Origin: Mobula hypostoma | Taxonomy: Eukaryota | Length of the DNA: 64,000 nt | Reading direction: 5' to 3' | Assembly (NCBI RefSeq): GCF_963921235.1 | Contig: NC_086097.1 | Span: 217,188,001-217,252,000 of the forward strand | Shown here: in pieces, positions 35,501 to 50,500 of the stretch | How positions within the stretch are numbered: position 1 is the first letter of the stretch | How the letters are laid out: every line of letters starts with the position of its first letter | The notes under the pieces: generated by a model | What the model was told of the DNA's origin: nothing | Database searches by the model: none | What the model saw: the letters and a program-made list of their open reading frames with translations, nothing else | Position numbers and translations under genes: made by a program

Positions 35501-38500
35501 AGGGAAGGCTGGTGCAGGGTTCTGAGTTGGATGATCAGCCATGATCATAATAAATGGCGGTGCAGGCTCGAAGGGCCGAATGGCCTACTCCTGCACCTAT
35601 TTTCTATGTTTCTATGTTTAGAATTGCAAGGCACCGCTGGATAATAAAAACATGAAGTACTGCAGGTCTGCCCATCAGCGAGTTGCTTGATGGTGGTGGA
35701 GGTGGACTTGTTGCCTGCTACAGTCACCTGGGGAAGAAGGCGTCAGAGGTGGTGCATGGAGGCAGTGCACAGTCCAACAAACAGTGCAAGTGATTGTCTT
35801 GATATTTTTCTTGTGATCACAAGACCCTGTGGACATTGGTAATATAGAATACTGCAAGTCGACATCACTGGTTCATTGGAGAGACCCGACAGTGTGGGAG
35901 CTGTGTGGCTTCGGTTGTTAGATGGACAGGGCTCTTACGCCATGAGGTCGGGGTCGCCTGTTGCAGCTGCCTAGGGGAAGAGACACCTGAGGTGGTGTGG
36001 CATGGCTAAGTTGGAAGCTGGCCCTGCTCATCAATGCTGCCCTCCCCTTGGCAGAAAACGAACTGCATTGCGTCTGTCTGCGGCTGCAGTGGTGCACAAT
36101 GAAGAACCGCTGCATGCTTGTTCCTGCAGGAATGCAGCTCCAGGACAGCATCCCATGCACCACCAATTTACACTGAGGGACTTGGGCATTTTCTCAGGAC
36201 TCTGTGCTTTACCGCTATCACAGTTGCATGTGCTATGTGTGCCTTGTGCTGTGTGTGACTGTTGTGTATTGTGTTTGGCCCAGGCGGAACACTGTTTTAT
36301 AGAACATACATAGAATAGTACAGCACAGTACAGGCCCTTCGGCCCACAATGTTGTGCCGACCCTCAAACCCTGCCTCCCATATAAGCCCCCACCTTAGAT
36401 TCCTCCATATACCTGTCTAGTAGTCTCTTAAACTTCACTAGTGTATCTGCCTCCACCACTGACTCAGGCAGTGCATTCCATACACCAACCACTCTCTGAG
36501 TAAAAAACCTTCCTCTAATATCCCCCTTGAACTTCCCACCCCTTACCTTAAAGCCATGCCCTCTTGTATTGAGCAGTGGTGCCCTGGGGAAGAGGTGCCG
36601 GCTGTCCACTCTATCTATTCCTCTTATTATCTTGTACACCTCTATCATGTCTCCTCTCATCCTCCTTCTCTCCAAAGAGTAAAGCCCTAGCTCCCTTAAT
36701 CTCTGATCATAATGCATACTTTCTAAACCAGGCAGCATCCTGGTAAATCTCCTCTGTACCCTTTCCAATGCTTCCACATCCTTCCTATAGTGAGGTGACC
36801 AGAACTGGACACAGTACTCCAAATGTGGCCTAACCAGAGTTTTATAGATCTGCATCATTACATTGCGACTCTTAAACTCTATCCCTCGACTTATGAAAGC
36901 TAACACCCCGTAAGCTTTCTTAATTACCCTATCCACCTGTGAGGCAACTTTCAGGGATCTGTGGACATGTACCCCGAGATCCCTCTGCTCCTCCACACTA
37001 CCAAGTATCCTGCCATTTACTTTGTACTCTGCCTTGGAGTTTGTCCTTCCAAAGTGTACCACTCCACATTTCTCCGGGTTGAACTCCATCTGCCACTTCT
37101 CAGCCCAATTCTGCATCCTATCAATGTCTCTCTGCAATCTTTGACAATCCTCTACACTATCCACAACACCACCAACATTTGTGTCATCTGCAAACTTGCC
37201 AACCCACCCTTCTCCCCCCACATCCAGGTCGTTAATAAAAATCACGAAAAGTAAAGGTCCCAGAACAGATCCTTGTGGGACACCACTAGTCACAATCCTC
37301 CAATCTGAATGTACTCCCTCCACCACCACCCTCTGCCTTCTGCAGGCAAGCAATTCTGAATCCACCTGGCCAAACTTCCCTGGATCGCATGCCTTCTAAC
37401 TTTCTGAATAAGCCTACCGTGTGGAACCTTGTCGAATGCCTTACTAAAATCCATATAGATCACATCCACTGCACTACCCTCATCTATATGCCTGGTCACC
37501 TCCTCAAAGAACTCTATCAGGCTTGTTAGACACGATCTGCCCTTCACAAAGCCATGCTGACTGTCCCTGATCAGACCATGATTCTCTAAATGCCTATAGA
37601 TCCTATCTCTAAGAATCTTTTCCAACAGCTTTCCCACCACAGGCGTAAGGCTCACTGATCTATAATTACCCGGACTATCCCTACTACCTTTTTTGAACAA
37701 GGGAACAACATTCGCCTCCCTCCAATCCTCCGGTACCATTCCCGTGGACAACGAGGACATAAAGATCCTAGCCAGAGACTCAGCAATTTCTTCTCTCGCC
37801 TCGCGGAGCAGCCTGGGGAATATTCCGTCAGGCCCCAGGAACTTACCTGTCCTAATGTATTTTAACAACTCCAACACCTCCTCTCCCTTAATAGCAACAT
37901 GCTCCAGAACATCAACCTCACTCATATTGTCCTCACCATCATCAAGTTCCCTCTCATTGATGAATACCGAAGAGAAGTATTCATTGAGGACCTCGCTCAC
38001 TTCCACAACCTCCAGGCACATCTTCCCACCTTTATCTCTAATCAGTCCTACCTTCACTCCTTTGGCACTATTCACATGTAGGGTTAATGACAATTAAACT
38101 TGAATTTGAACTTCATCATTCACACTCAACACCTCCAAATTCTATCTATGTCTGAAGCAAAAAATGATTGAGATGGTGACACCTTAGGTTGTCTACAGAG
38201 CTCTGTCTACGGAATTCCACTCCAGCTCTGACCACATCCCTATAAGGAAACAACATTTGTTTTTAAGAAAGGAAAATAAATGGAACTGCAGATACTAGGA
38301 TCTGAAACAACGACAAAAATGCTGGAAGAACTCAGGCGGTCGGGCAGAAAATTCGAAAGAAGGAGACTGAAACATTAACTGGAGTCTTTCCACCACTTTT
38401 ACATTTGATTTAATGTTGGTCCCACCATTATAGAGAATATACTTATGTATCCAATGAGACTGACATTGATTTGTTAGGTATGTTTTCTTTAAGCACATTG

Positions 38501-41500
38501 GCTTGAACTGAATCATGTAACTATAAGGATGGTAGAATGTAAACTGATTCGTCTTTTCTGACTAGCATTTCAAGGAGGGTAGAGTTTAAACAAAATCGTT
38601 AGTTGTTCACTACTAATTGTTGAATGTTTCTCTGAGTTTTTCATCTAAAAATAATTCAGATTCTGGTACTCCAATAGGACCTTCAGAACATTGGGGCCAG
38701 GAAAGTTTGCGTAATGACAGACAAAAATCTGGCTAAGCTTCCTCCTGTCAAAGCTGTCCTGGATTCACTAGTTAAGAATGGAGTAAACTTTCAAGTGTTT
38801 GACAAGGTCAGAGTGGAGCCAACTGATTTAAGGTAAGCTGCACTTCATTTCAATGAAAGTTTAAGGAACAAAGTTTTAATAGAGCAATTGTCGGTGATAT
38901 CATTAACATTGCTGTTACACTAGGAATTTAAAAACAAAGTAGAAATTGAATCACATATCACTGCATTATAGTGCCTTGGATGTTTCAAAACTTAATGAAA
39001 ATAAATTAAAGAGGAAACTCTGGATCATTGCAGGTGTGAAGATTTAGGCCTTTTGGGACTTTGGAGTGGAGATCAGCTGAGGTGGATGCACAGTGATCAA
39101 ACAATTATAGGGAGGGTTGCGGAAAGAGATCACGTCTCAGAAGCATTTGATAGGGTCCATTGAGGACTGAATAGGAACTATTAATTTGGAGAATCAGTCC
39201 TAACAGAGGGTCAGGGATGAAATTGGTTGCATGGCTTGGTCCTGTGGGTGGAGGTGTGGTCGCCTGCAGAAAGGTAGAAGTATAGCACTCTATTCAGTGG
39301 CAAAAGGCAGAGGGTTGCATTCCACAGCATGATCCTTGTTCACAATTCAATTCTTGGAATCAGAAATGTTTCTGAATTTACACTCAGTGCTGACCTGAAT
39401 GGTATACTCAATATTGAGGCCTACAACAATTTATATCAATATACCTGCAGAATGGACATAACACTATAAAATAAATTTCAACACAGAAAAGCAGGAGGAA
39501 TTAAGCTTTGGCAAGAAAAATAAGTAGGCCACATAAAACTTGGAAAATTATACTGCCGTAAATTCTGGTGTATAAGCCGAGAATTTGGTCCTAAAATTAG
39601 GGGGTCTGCTTATACAGAGGGTGCCAACTTTGGAAAAACGAATACACGGAAGACAGGTCATATTTATTGGCTGTTTTTGAGTCAAATACAAAAGAAAATA
39701 CAAACACATGAAATCTATGCAAAAGAAAAGATCTACAAAACACATTCTGTTTCTGAATTTACTTGTACACACTGTTGTCATCAAACGTTCGGAGCTTGAA
39801 ACTCTCACACTCTTCATTATCTGACTCTCCAAAAATCGCGTCCCATTTTTCGACACATGAATTCTTTGAATGGTTTGTTTAAACTCACATCTAGTGGCTG
39901 GAGCACGGACGTCAAACCACCGGGGATGATTGCAATGTCCGTCTTTTCAGCTTTCAATGCTGCTTTTGTCTCACCTGACAAGTGCGCTTTGAACACGTCC
40001 CAGACAAGTAGCGACTTTTCCTTCCTGAAACCTTCAGGACATCAACGCCGCACCTCTTTAACCCACTTCAAGCAACCCGTTTCATCCATCCAGCTGCGTT
40101 CTTGAACATAAACAACAACACTCCGTGGGAATTTTTCTTTCTTTGGGAATGTTTTCCTCTTAAGAATTACCATCGGTGGTAGTTTGGTCCCATCAGCCGT
40201 ACACGTTAACACAACAGTAAAATGTTGCTTCTCGTGTCCAGTTGTTTTGACACGGACAGTTCTGATTGACAGTGCAGTTGCCAGCAAAATCAAAGAACAT
40301 TGGTGTCTCATCCATGTTACCAGTCAGTGGGAGCGGGTAAGAATATGCCTTTCGATGCTTGATTACAAACGATTGGAAGGCCATAATCTTATTCTCAAGG
40401 TCGCTCGGCAACTTCTTAGCAATCTTTATTTTTTATCTCAACACAAGGTCACATCTATTCATAAATCGGGTGCACCAACTTCACGTAGCTTTGAAATTTT
40501 CGCTGACCTCACTGTTTTTTGGCCCATTTCAACACTTGAACTCGAATCATTTCTCTGGTAACACTGTATCCAGATGATCACTGGTGATTCACCCACTCTA
40601 AAACTTTTTCTCCCAGTTCTGGCCACTGGCATGTTTTCCTGCAGTTTGCACATTTCGCCTTTGGCATTTCCCTCAGCGTGTCCTCTGTCTTTCTCCACTC
40701 TCTCACTTGTTTCTCGTTTACACGAAACTTCTTAGCAGCTGCAGAATTATTTGTTCCTTTAGCAAAATCAACAACCTTCAGCTTGAAGCCAGCATCATAT
40801 CGCATTTGTTTTAATCTTTTGCACATGGTGGGCGCAAATTCAATACTGAGTACATGTACTGATCCCGCCACCCCGTGTTATGTTTTAACGAGATTATGAT
40901 GGGCACTAAATGGTTTCATGGGGGTTACATTTCAGAAGATTCTTTACCATTGGGAACCTAATCCAAAACTTCCCTCCCTGATTTATTTATTAAGAATTTG
41001 CTTCTAACGTTCTATAATGTGTAGGCCTATTTTTGTAGCAGGTACTGGTTCACAAAATTTCCAGGTTCTGGATCCAGCAAAGCTGAGTATTGGCATGTGA
41101 GATCTTGTGATCTTTTCTGGTTAAATATACAAAGGTAACATGAAAAAGTCACTTTTTTAACCTTGAAAATAGGGAGTCGGTTTATACACCAGAATTTACA
41201 GGTAATTGGCTGGAGAGCATTAATCTAGAAAAGAAACACACAAATCATTAAAACTAGTGACCATTAAAATAAGGACAATTAAAAATAAAGAAACCAAGTA
41301 TAAAATACAATGTTTATCTACAGATGCTCAGTATTGAAAAGCAGAAAAGTTATGTTAAGCTTGTGACAAACCTTGGTCGGACTAAACTTGGTATTACCTT
41401 GTTTAGTTCTAGCTGCCATTTGTGAAAAGTGCATGATACTAGAGAAGATTAGGGGTGTGGAAGTTGCAGTAAGGCAAGGATAGCCTGGGACAATATTAGC

Positions 41501-44500
41501 AAACTGAGACCACCGGAAACATTCCTGCTTACTACACACAAGATAGGCTGGGTTGATGGCGGCAGTGTGTTCTCAAGGCAAACAAGTGAGGCCTTTGCAC
41601 TTCCCATGGTAGGGAGTTTAGGACAACAGGGCACGACTTCAGGATTGAAGGACATCCATTTAGAACAGAGATGCGGAGAAATTACTTTAGTCAGAGGGTG
41701 GTAAATCTGTCGAATTTGCTGCCATGAGTGGCTGTGGAGGCCAAGTCATTGGGGGTGCATTTAAGGCAGAAATAGATAGGTTCTTGATTAGCCAGGGCAT
41801 CAAAGGATATGGGGAGAAGGCAGGGGAGTGAGGATGACTGGACGAATTGGATCAGGCCATAATTTAATGGTGGGATAGACTCAATGGGCCAAATGGCCTA
41901 CTTCTGCTCCTATATCTTATGCTAGTGAGACTTTTCCAAAAGGGTCTTCTGAGGCATAGTATCCCTTTACACTAAAGGGGGTGCTAGAGACAGATGAGAT
42001 GAGGATAATGGAAAGATGTGAGCTATACCCAACAACTAAGGCTTTACTAACTTCCAAGTATCATCAACTGTTCGCTTAGAGTTTTGAATGACTTCAGCAC
42101 CTCTTTTATGAATGGTGATTCCTTGTGAGTAAGAAATTCAAATATATACAATTAACAATTATCAATATCTGTATCTGATAAGCCAATTATGTATAAAAAT
42201 AGCATTTTTCTGTTCAGATTTCAGAACGGGGTGTGTGACAGGGCCCCATGCTGTTCTCCTTGTGCACGAGTAAAATAAAAGGAATGCATGGGTCGTAAAA
42301 TGCTCAGCACAGCCAAGAAGGGCCAAAAGGCCTGCTTCTGTGCTGTAGTGTTCTATGGTTCTAACAGTGCGTGTGTTCTGAGCCCAGTTATTTAAAAAAT
42401 CTTGGATTTAAATTGGTATCCTATTCAGGTTTAATATCATCCAGCATATGTCATGAGATTTGTTAACTTTGCGGCAGCAGTACAGTGCAATTCATGATAA
42501 TATACAAAAAACTACTCAGATTTCTGTACCTCCTTCCTGAAGGTAACAGTGAGAAGAGGGCATGTCCTGGTGGTGAGGGTCCTGAATGATGGATGCCATC
42601 TTTTTGAGACATTGCTTCTTGAAGATTTTTTGGTTACTACAGAGGCTGGTGCCCTTGATGGAGCTGGCTAATTTTTCAACTCTCTGCAATTTACTTCGAT
42701 CCTGCGCAGTAGCGCCCCCTCCCCCGCCACCACATCAGACAGTGATGCAGTCAGTCAGAATGCTCTCCACAGTACATCCGTAGAAATTTTTGAGTGTTTT
42801 AGGTAACATTTGAAATCTCCTCAAGCTCCTAATGAAATACAGCCACTCTCTTGCCTTCTATACAGCTATATACTGGGACCTGGTTAGGTCCTTCAAGATA
42901 TTAAGACCAATGAACTTGACATTGCGAACTCTTTCCCTTCTGCTCCCTCTATGTGTGTGTTCCCTCACCTTGCCCTTTCTGAAGACCACAATCAGCTCTT
43001 TGGTCTTTCTGACGTTGAGTGCAAGGTTGTTGCTACAACACCACTCAACAAGCTGATATATCTCGCTCCTGTACGCCCTCTCGTCACCATCTGAGATTCT
43101 GCCATCAATGGTTACATCATCAGCTAATTTATAGATGGCATTTGTGCTGTGCGTAGCCACACAGTTATGGGTGTAGAGAAAGTAGACAGTGAGCTAAGCA
43201 CACATCTCTGAGGTGCGCTAGTGTTGATTGTCAGCGAGGAGGAGATGTTAATACCAATCCACACAGATTGTGGTCTTCTGGTTAGGAAACTGAGGATCCC
43301 ATTGTAGAGGGAGGTACAGAGGTCCAGGTTCTGTAGCTTTCAATCAGGACTGTGGGAATGATAGTGTTAAACACTGAGCGTTTAGTCAATAAACAGCATC
43401 CTGACATAAGTACTTGTATTGTCCAGGTGATCCAAGGCCACGTAGAGAGCCGATTATACTGCACCCACCATAGATTTATTGTGATGATAGGTGAATTGCA
43501 ATGGGTCAAGGACCTTGCTGAGGCAGGAGTTGACTCTAGCCATGACCAATGTCTCAAAGCACTTCCTTACTGTAGATGAGAGTGCTACAGGACAATAGTC
43601 ATTAAGGCAGCTCATCTTTTCTTCTTGAGCACTGGTATAATTGTTGCCTTCTTGAAGCAGGTGGGAACTATAGCCCAATGAGAGATTGAACACCCTGCCA
43701 GTTGGTTGTCACAAGTTTTCAGAGCTTTACCAGGTACTCCATCAGGGCTTGTCATCCTATGAGGGTTCCCCTTCCTGAAAGGCAGCCTAACGTTGGCCTC
43801 CGAGTCAGAGATCACAGGGTCACCATGTGCTGTAGGGATCCTCATAGATTCTCTCTTTCAAAGTGAGCATGAAGGGCGTTGAGCTCATCTGGGAGTGAAG
43901 TATTCACTGTAATTCATGCTGTTGGGTTTCGCTGTATAGGAAGTAATGGCCTGCAAACTCTGCCAGAGCTGATGTGCATCAAATGAGAATTGAGGACCAT
44001 GTTAACATTATGAATTACGATCAGGAGTAGGTTATTTGGTCCCTCAAGCCTGCTCACCTCAGCTCTGCATTCCCCTCCGGCCACAATAACCTTCCCACCA
44101 CCTTGTTTATCAATAATCTAGGTATCTCTGTCTTTAAAGCGTTCAAAAGACTCTCTTACACTGGCTTTTGAAGAAGCTAACTTCAAACATGCATGGCTCT
44201 CCAAGAGAAAAAATATCATCACATTTAGTATGATTTCCAATATATGTTATCTACCTCTTAATTTAAAGACTGTGCAATGAATTGGGTGAGACAACAGATA
44301 GATAAATCAATGAGAAAGTAGAGGTAGATGAGAAAGCAGGTGAGAAAAGTTGAGTGGGGCATAAAGGCCAACTTGGACTAGATAACTTTTATGTGTCAAA
44401 TATTCTACCTAGCTTATCTCTGCTTTCAGTGACTGTTCCACCCTTGGCAGTTGGAATCCTTTATAAATCATAATCTCAAGCCTAAGCATATGATTGTAGA

Positions 44501-47500
44501 GCAAATTTCAAAAGATATACAGAAACTTAAATGCCCTGGAATCTTGCCTTAACAGGATAATACCAGTTCTTCAGTCAGTAACACTGGAGGCAGAGTGGGA
44601 AATGAAGGAAGCATTGAAGATAACTTTTTTCCTTAATATGTTTTCAAATTCTTTTCTGCAGGAAGATGTACCAGATTTCAAAGGCAGTGACATTGTTCTC
44701 GTAAGCCTTCTCCTTCACCGGTCCCAAGGATGAGTTGCTTCCTCTCCAGTTGTGTGGGTTCCAGGGTGGTTGATAAAGCCACTGTGGGACTGGGCCATTA
44801 GCAGGCCTCAGCTGCCCCTCACTGTTGTGGCAGAGTCTGCAGGTCCCCATTGGCCACCTGAGAACCCACAGAGCTGGAAGGAAATCAAATAATTCCTGAT
44901 CCTGAAGGATCATCGTAGGAGGAGGATATTTTACAATTTTTTTTGACAATTTAGTCACTTTATAATGTTTTATGATGTCTCTAGTTTCAAGGAAGCGATA
45001 ACATTTGCGAGACAAGGACAATTTGATGCGTATGTTGCTGTTGGAGGTGGATCTGTAATGGACACGTGTAAAGTGGCTAACCTCTACAGCTGCAGCCCTG
45101 ATGCTGAATTATTTGACTATGTCAATGCACCAATAGGAAAGGGAAAACCCATCACCTTTAACCTCCATCCTTTGATAGCAGGTGAGCTCATGCAAAAAAT
45201 CTTTTAATAATAAAGTGGGTTTGAATTAGCAACTGTCTAAATGATATAGAAAGGGCATTCACAAACCTATTGTCAATGTGATAGAACTGTGTAATTATTT
45301 GTGATATTAAGTGTAATTTTGATTGGTCTAAACCTCTGGAAAGGCTCAGGAACAAAAACTGGTGTTCCTGGTGTAACTATGATGGGACAACTTGGTCACT
45401 TGTAACAGATGAATTGACATCATTTAGAGTGCCGTTATTTGAAAACTGCTCATGTTTTACGCACAAAGTCAGAGTTTGTTAGCCTTTACATAAGGGAATC
45501 CTAGCGGATGCAGAAGGCAATGAAGAGAACACCAACATCTGTTTAAAGAAAAATATTCTTTTGTGTTAAGATTAGCTTTATTTGTCACATTGACATTGAA
45601 CCATACAGTTCGATATTTTGCATCAAATCAAATGAGTGAGGATTGTGCTGGGCAGCCTGCTAGTGTCACCAAGCTCCTGCTGCCAACGTAGCATGCCCAC
45701 AACTCACCAGCTGTAATCATACGTCCGGAGGAAATCGGGGCATCCAAAGGAAATTCACGCAGTTCACAGAGAGAATATAAAAACTCCTCACAGACTGCGG
45801 CAGGAATTGCACTATATTAACGGTACGTTCATCGCTGTGCTCCTGTGCGCCCCAAGCCACACTTTACAGTACTGTTTATGTGCTTAGAGGAGCAGGAATT
45901 CCTTTTAGGCCAACAGGTTTACCTGTGACCTTTAAGTACCCCCATCACTGCATCTGTTCCCTTTGGTTATCATCTCCCAACTCCCACCACAAATGGATTC
46001 CCCACAACACCATCTCTGTGACCAGCAATTTCTCTTCTCCTTCTGTCCTGCTGCATCCTTCCGCCACAGGTTTTTCCTGAGATTTCATTTAGCGATACGG
46101 CGTGGAGTAAGACCCTATGGCCCTTTGAGCCACGCAGTCCCAGCAACCCCATAACCCCAAATAACCCTATCCTACTTGTGGGACAATTTACAACCTACCT
46201 GGTACATCCTGGACGGTGGGAGGAAACCGGAGCACCTGGGGGAAACCACACATTCCAGAATGCGTACAGAGACTCCTTACAGAACCGCGCCAGAATTGAA
46301 TTCCAGAACGCCCCAAGCTGTATCACCGTCACACTAATCGCTACACCACCGTGGAGCCCAAGATGGTTGACAGGAGGGGAGGAAAGCCTATAGAAATAAG
46401 CAAAAAGATGTAATATTGTAAAGACTGCTGGATGTTCAGAAAATCTAAGCTTCCAGGTGTCTAGCTATAACTCCCCCTTTACTGTACTCAACACATGGAG
46501 TAATATATTATCAAGTTGTAATTTTTGAAGCTTTGTTGATGAGACAAAATAATGCTTATTCTGTACACTATATCATGATTTTGTGATCATTGCACATTTC
46601 AAGGAAAAAGAAAAATACAATTGAATTGTGTCTTTCATAATTTCAGGATAAATCACTTCACAATCACTAAAGTTTTTTCTGAAGTGCAGTCAAATTTGTT
46701 GTACCTTAATTCCGTCCTGAATCTGCATGTTAATCTATGTGGAAAGACTAATAATTGTGGAGTTGAATACTAATCAAGTTACGTACTTTGTTTCCTAGTT
46801 CCCACAACAGCTGGCACTGGAAGTGAGACCACGGGTGTGGCTGTGTTTGATTATGAAGCAATGAAATTTAAAACAGGTACAAGTGGGTAGAACTTTCTTA
46901 TGTCAGTGTGGTGAAAATACTTCTAAATGATAGAAATCGCTTTTGTTTTAAAAACATGAGCAAAAATAGATCATGCCATCTTTTCAGCAAGTTCCACAGT
47001 TCATTGAGGACATGGCTGAACTAATGCATCTACACCATTTTGGTTCCCCATCTCCAAATCCCTCATTCCCAAGTATTTTTCAATATTGGTTTTGCATATA
47101 TTAATCAAATGAACATCCATAGTATAAAGACAAAAGAGATTGCAGATGCTGACTAGAAGAACTCAGTGGGTTTAGCAGTATCTATGAAGGCAAAAGGTTA
47201 CACTTCTTAAATTCTTTCAGCATTCTGTTTTTGAATATCTGCAGGCCTTAGCTAGTATTTCCAAAGATTCAAACTGGAAATGAAATGAATTGCCCTTGTG
47301 GCATACCCCTTGACTTAGAGCATCCTACCAGGGAGGCAGCTCTTCAATATGTCCATGTCATGTCTCATATAATTGTATATATTTAAGTGAAATTCTTTTT
47401 TTTTACTTTTTGGATTTAGACAACCTGGCCTCTTTCCGCTCAATTCCTCCTCATAATACAGTACATCAATTTATGCCTTGTGCACCATTGCACAGGAAGG

Positions 47501-50500
47501 TGATGGAGAAAGTATCATATGGTAAAATGTGAAATTATGTATTTTTGTAGGAGGAATGAGAAGTGGATATTTTTAAAAGGTGAGAGATAGTAAATGTTGG
47601 CATCTTGAAGAGTTTGGGAACTTCAGTCACAGTAATTAGATCTTTGGACCATTGGATCTCTGATATTTGATAAGGATTGATCCCCTCATAGGCTGTCACA
47701 AAGGCATGAGAGCTAGGTTACCCCTTTGATTACCCCTTTAAGATGAGTAGAGACAGAGTCCAAGCCTAAATTTATGGTTCACAATCTTCCCATGGTTATT
47801 GGTGGTCAGTACTATGCTAATAAGTCCTAGTTCATATCACAAAATATCATAGAACTCAGAAGCTTTATAACAATAGAATGTAGTAGTCTAACTTTGCTGC
47901 TATGTGCTTTATGTAAAATTTCAGGCATTGCCAGCAGAGCTCTGAAGCCCTTACTCGGGATCGTGGACCCTTTGCATACCTTGCACATGCCTGACCGTGT
48001 GGCAGCTTACAGTGGATTTGATGTACTTTGGTAAGAATTATTTTTATCATTTTAAACATTTATGAAGTAAACCTGAACCATGGCCAGGAAATACAAACCT
48101 TTGCTAGAAGTTTAGTGGGATATCCTCTTTCTGTTACACTTCTGGCAGGTCTCATAATAGGGGTAGCTTAAAGGAAATTCATAACCAATGTTGTACAAGT
48201 TTAAATAATAGAATGAATAATGTAATTTTATAGCAATGTAGTTGTTTTCTTAATTTGTTTAGCTCTTTATTTATCTTATTTTTTGGCACAGTGATTTGAA
48301 AAACACACACCTTTGTTGTGTACATTTGATTTTTTCAAATGCTCCTTTGTGGTAGGAATTTTCTATTTTAGTTTGAGAGAGTTCCCTTTCATAGAGGAGT
48401 TGGGTTGTTTGTGACAGGTCCCAGGACCTTCAGGAAGTGCAGACTGGGTGATAGTTACGTTTAACCTATTTTTATTCTCACCTATTCTTCTAGTTTCCTT
48501 ACTCAGTTAGTCCACAAGGAGCCACACAAGTATTTTATTCATACTTTCTTTCCTTCTTCTCCAGCACTTGACCTTTCCCACCCACCTGGCTTCACCTATC
48601 ACTTTCCTGCTAACCCCTTCCCCTACCCCCACATGTTTATTCTGGTATCTTTTCCCTTCCTTCTCGGTCCTGAAGAAAGGTCTCAGCCCAAAATGTCAAC
48701 TGTTTATTCTTTTCCATAGATGCTGCCTGATCTGCTGAGTTCCTCCAGCATTTTGTGTGTGTTGCTCTGGATTTAAAGCATCTCCAGACTTTCTCATGTT
48801 TGTGGTTTTCTACCACAATGTTTATCATTGAAATCATCTAGGTCTTTAGATGGTAAAATTTGACTGTTACATGTTGTTGTTGGAAAATAAGTTGTGATTA
48901 GCTTCTGTATGACATTTACTTATACAGTGGATTCCAGTTAATTGGGCCATTGGTTAATTGGGACAAATGCTTATTTAGGATAATTCTTAAAGAGCAAAAA
49001 CTAATCGAAAAAATTGCCAGTTTCCCATCATTTTTGGGATACTATGCTGTTTAAATGTGCCGGGAGACTGTTTCTGAAGCTTCTAACAAGCATCAGTCAA
49101 GTGCACTTGTGTGGCCTCTATACACTACACTGTGCTTAGAACGAACAGTTTTTAAATAGCATCGGTTGCATGTGTTCAACAGCAGAGAATTTTGTCACTG
49201 ATAGTTGGTGAGAAGTAAGCAGTAAAACAATTCCAAACTGTTTTGCTCACTTCAGTTTTAAGCATTTAGACTTGGAGATGCTAGAAACAGTTGGGAGTGA
49301 AAATGGAACAATCTCACTACTTCAACAAGTTAGGAACTACAATGAGTTTAAAAGTTTTGACAATCATGTTGAATGTTACAATGAAAATGTAGATTTGGAG
49401 GATGCATTTGTTGAATGCATTGTATGAAGGCAGTCCATTTACCTGCAGTTGGTGTCTGCGCTGATATTTTGCAGTCAAAAGAACACAGCAGCGTACTCTG
49501 GATAAATTCCTCCATCCATAACTATCAGGAAATGCAGTTTAATAGTACTACAGTAGTATTCTTAGTGTTCTAATTTGTTCTGAGTTTCACTTAAATACAT
49601 AATTTGTTACTCCTCAGTTAAACAGTAGTTGGCCTTTTCTTATGTTTTTTTACTATTTCCTTGAAACGTCGGCTAATTGGAACAGCTGTTATTTGCCAAA
49701 ATGTCCCAATGTGTCCCAATTAACTGGAAACCACTGTAGTTTTGTGTTTTGAACAGATTGTGCTGAATGATGTATTTAGCATCACTACCAAAAGAGCTCC
49801 TTTAGATAAGGCCACTTGAAGTTAAACTAGGAGCAGTGTTTGGGGCGAGACCTAGGAGCCAATGTTCAAACAAAAATCTGATGATTCTTCACAGATGAAG
49901 AACTACAAAATGGTCAAATGTTTCATACTGAGCGATTACATTGCTGAGAAGTACATGGATCACAAACCAATCAAATTACTGCCAGAGTAACAGAGATATA
50001 AATAGTGATTTTAAGAGAACAATCGGGTAGATAAAACTGAATGTAAATTCATTGTTTATTAATAATATTCACATTTTATAAAGTTTAATTTCTCTACAGC
50101 AAAACTACTTAAATTTCTGCCACTGTTCTTATTATCCCAACAGCCACGCATTGGAATCCTACACAGCTCTTCCATACAGTTTACGATCACCCTGCCCGCC
50201 AAACCCAGTTAATCGGCCAGCGTATCAAGGGAGCAACCCTATCAGTGATGTGTGGTCCAAACATGCCCTGAGAATTGTGGCCAAGTACATTAAGCGGTAA
50301 TGCAAAGTTTAGCACCTCTGTTGCTGAAAATTCTACAATATGTGTTATGTGCCAGCAGCAATAGACCACAGACTCAGTTTTTAATGTTAAACAGCTATAT
50401 TTTCAGTACCTACCCAAATACAGACAATTAAACAAATTACTCTCCAGAAAAAAATTAAGAGTGCTATGCATTTTAGCTCACAAACTACAGAGGTCTAGGA

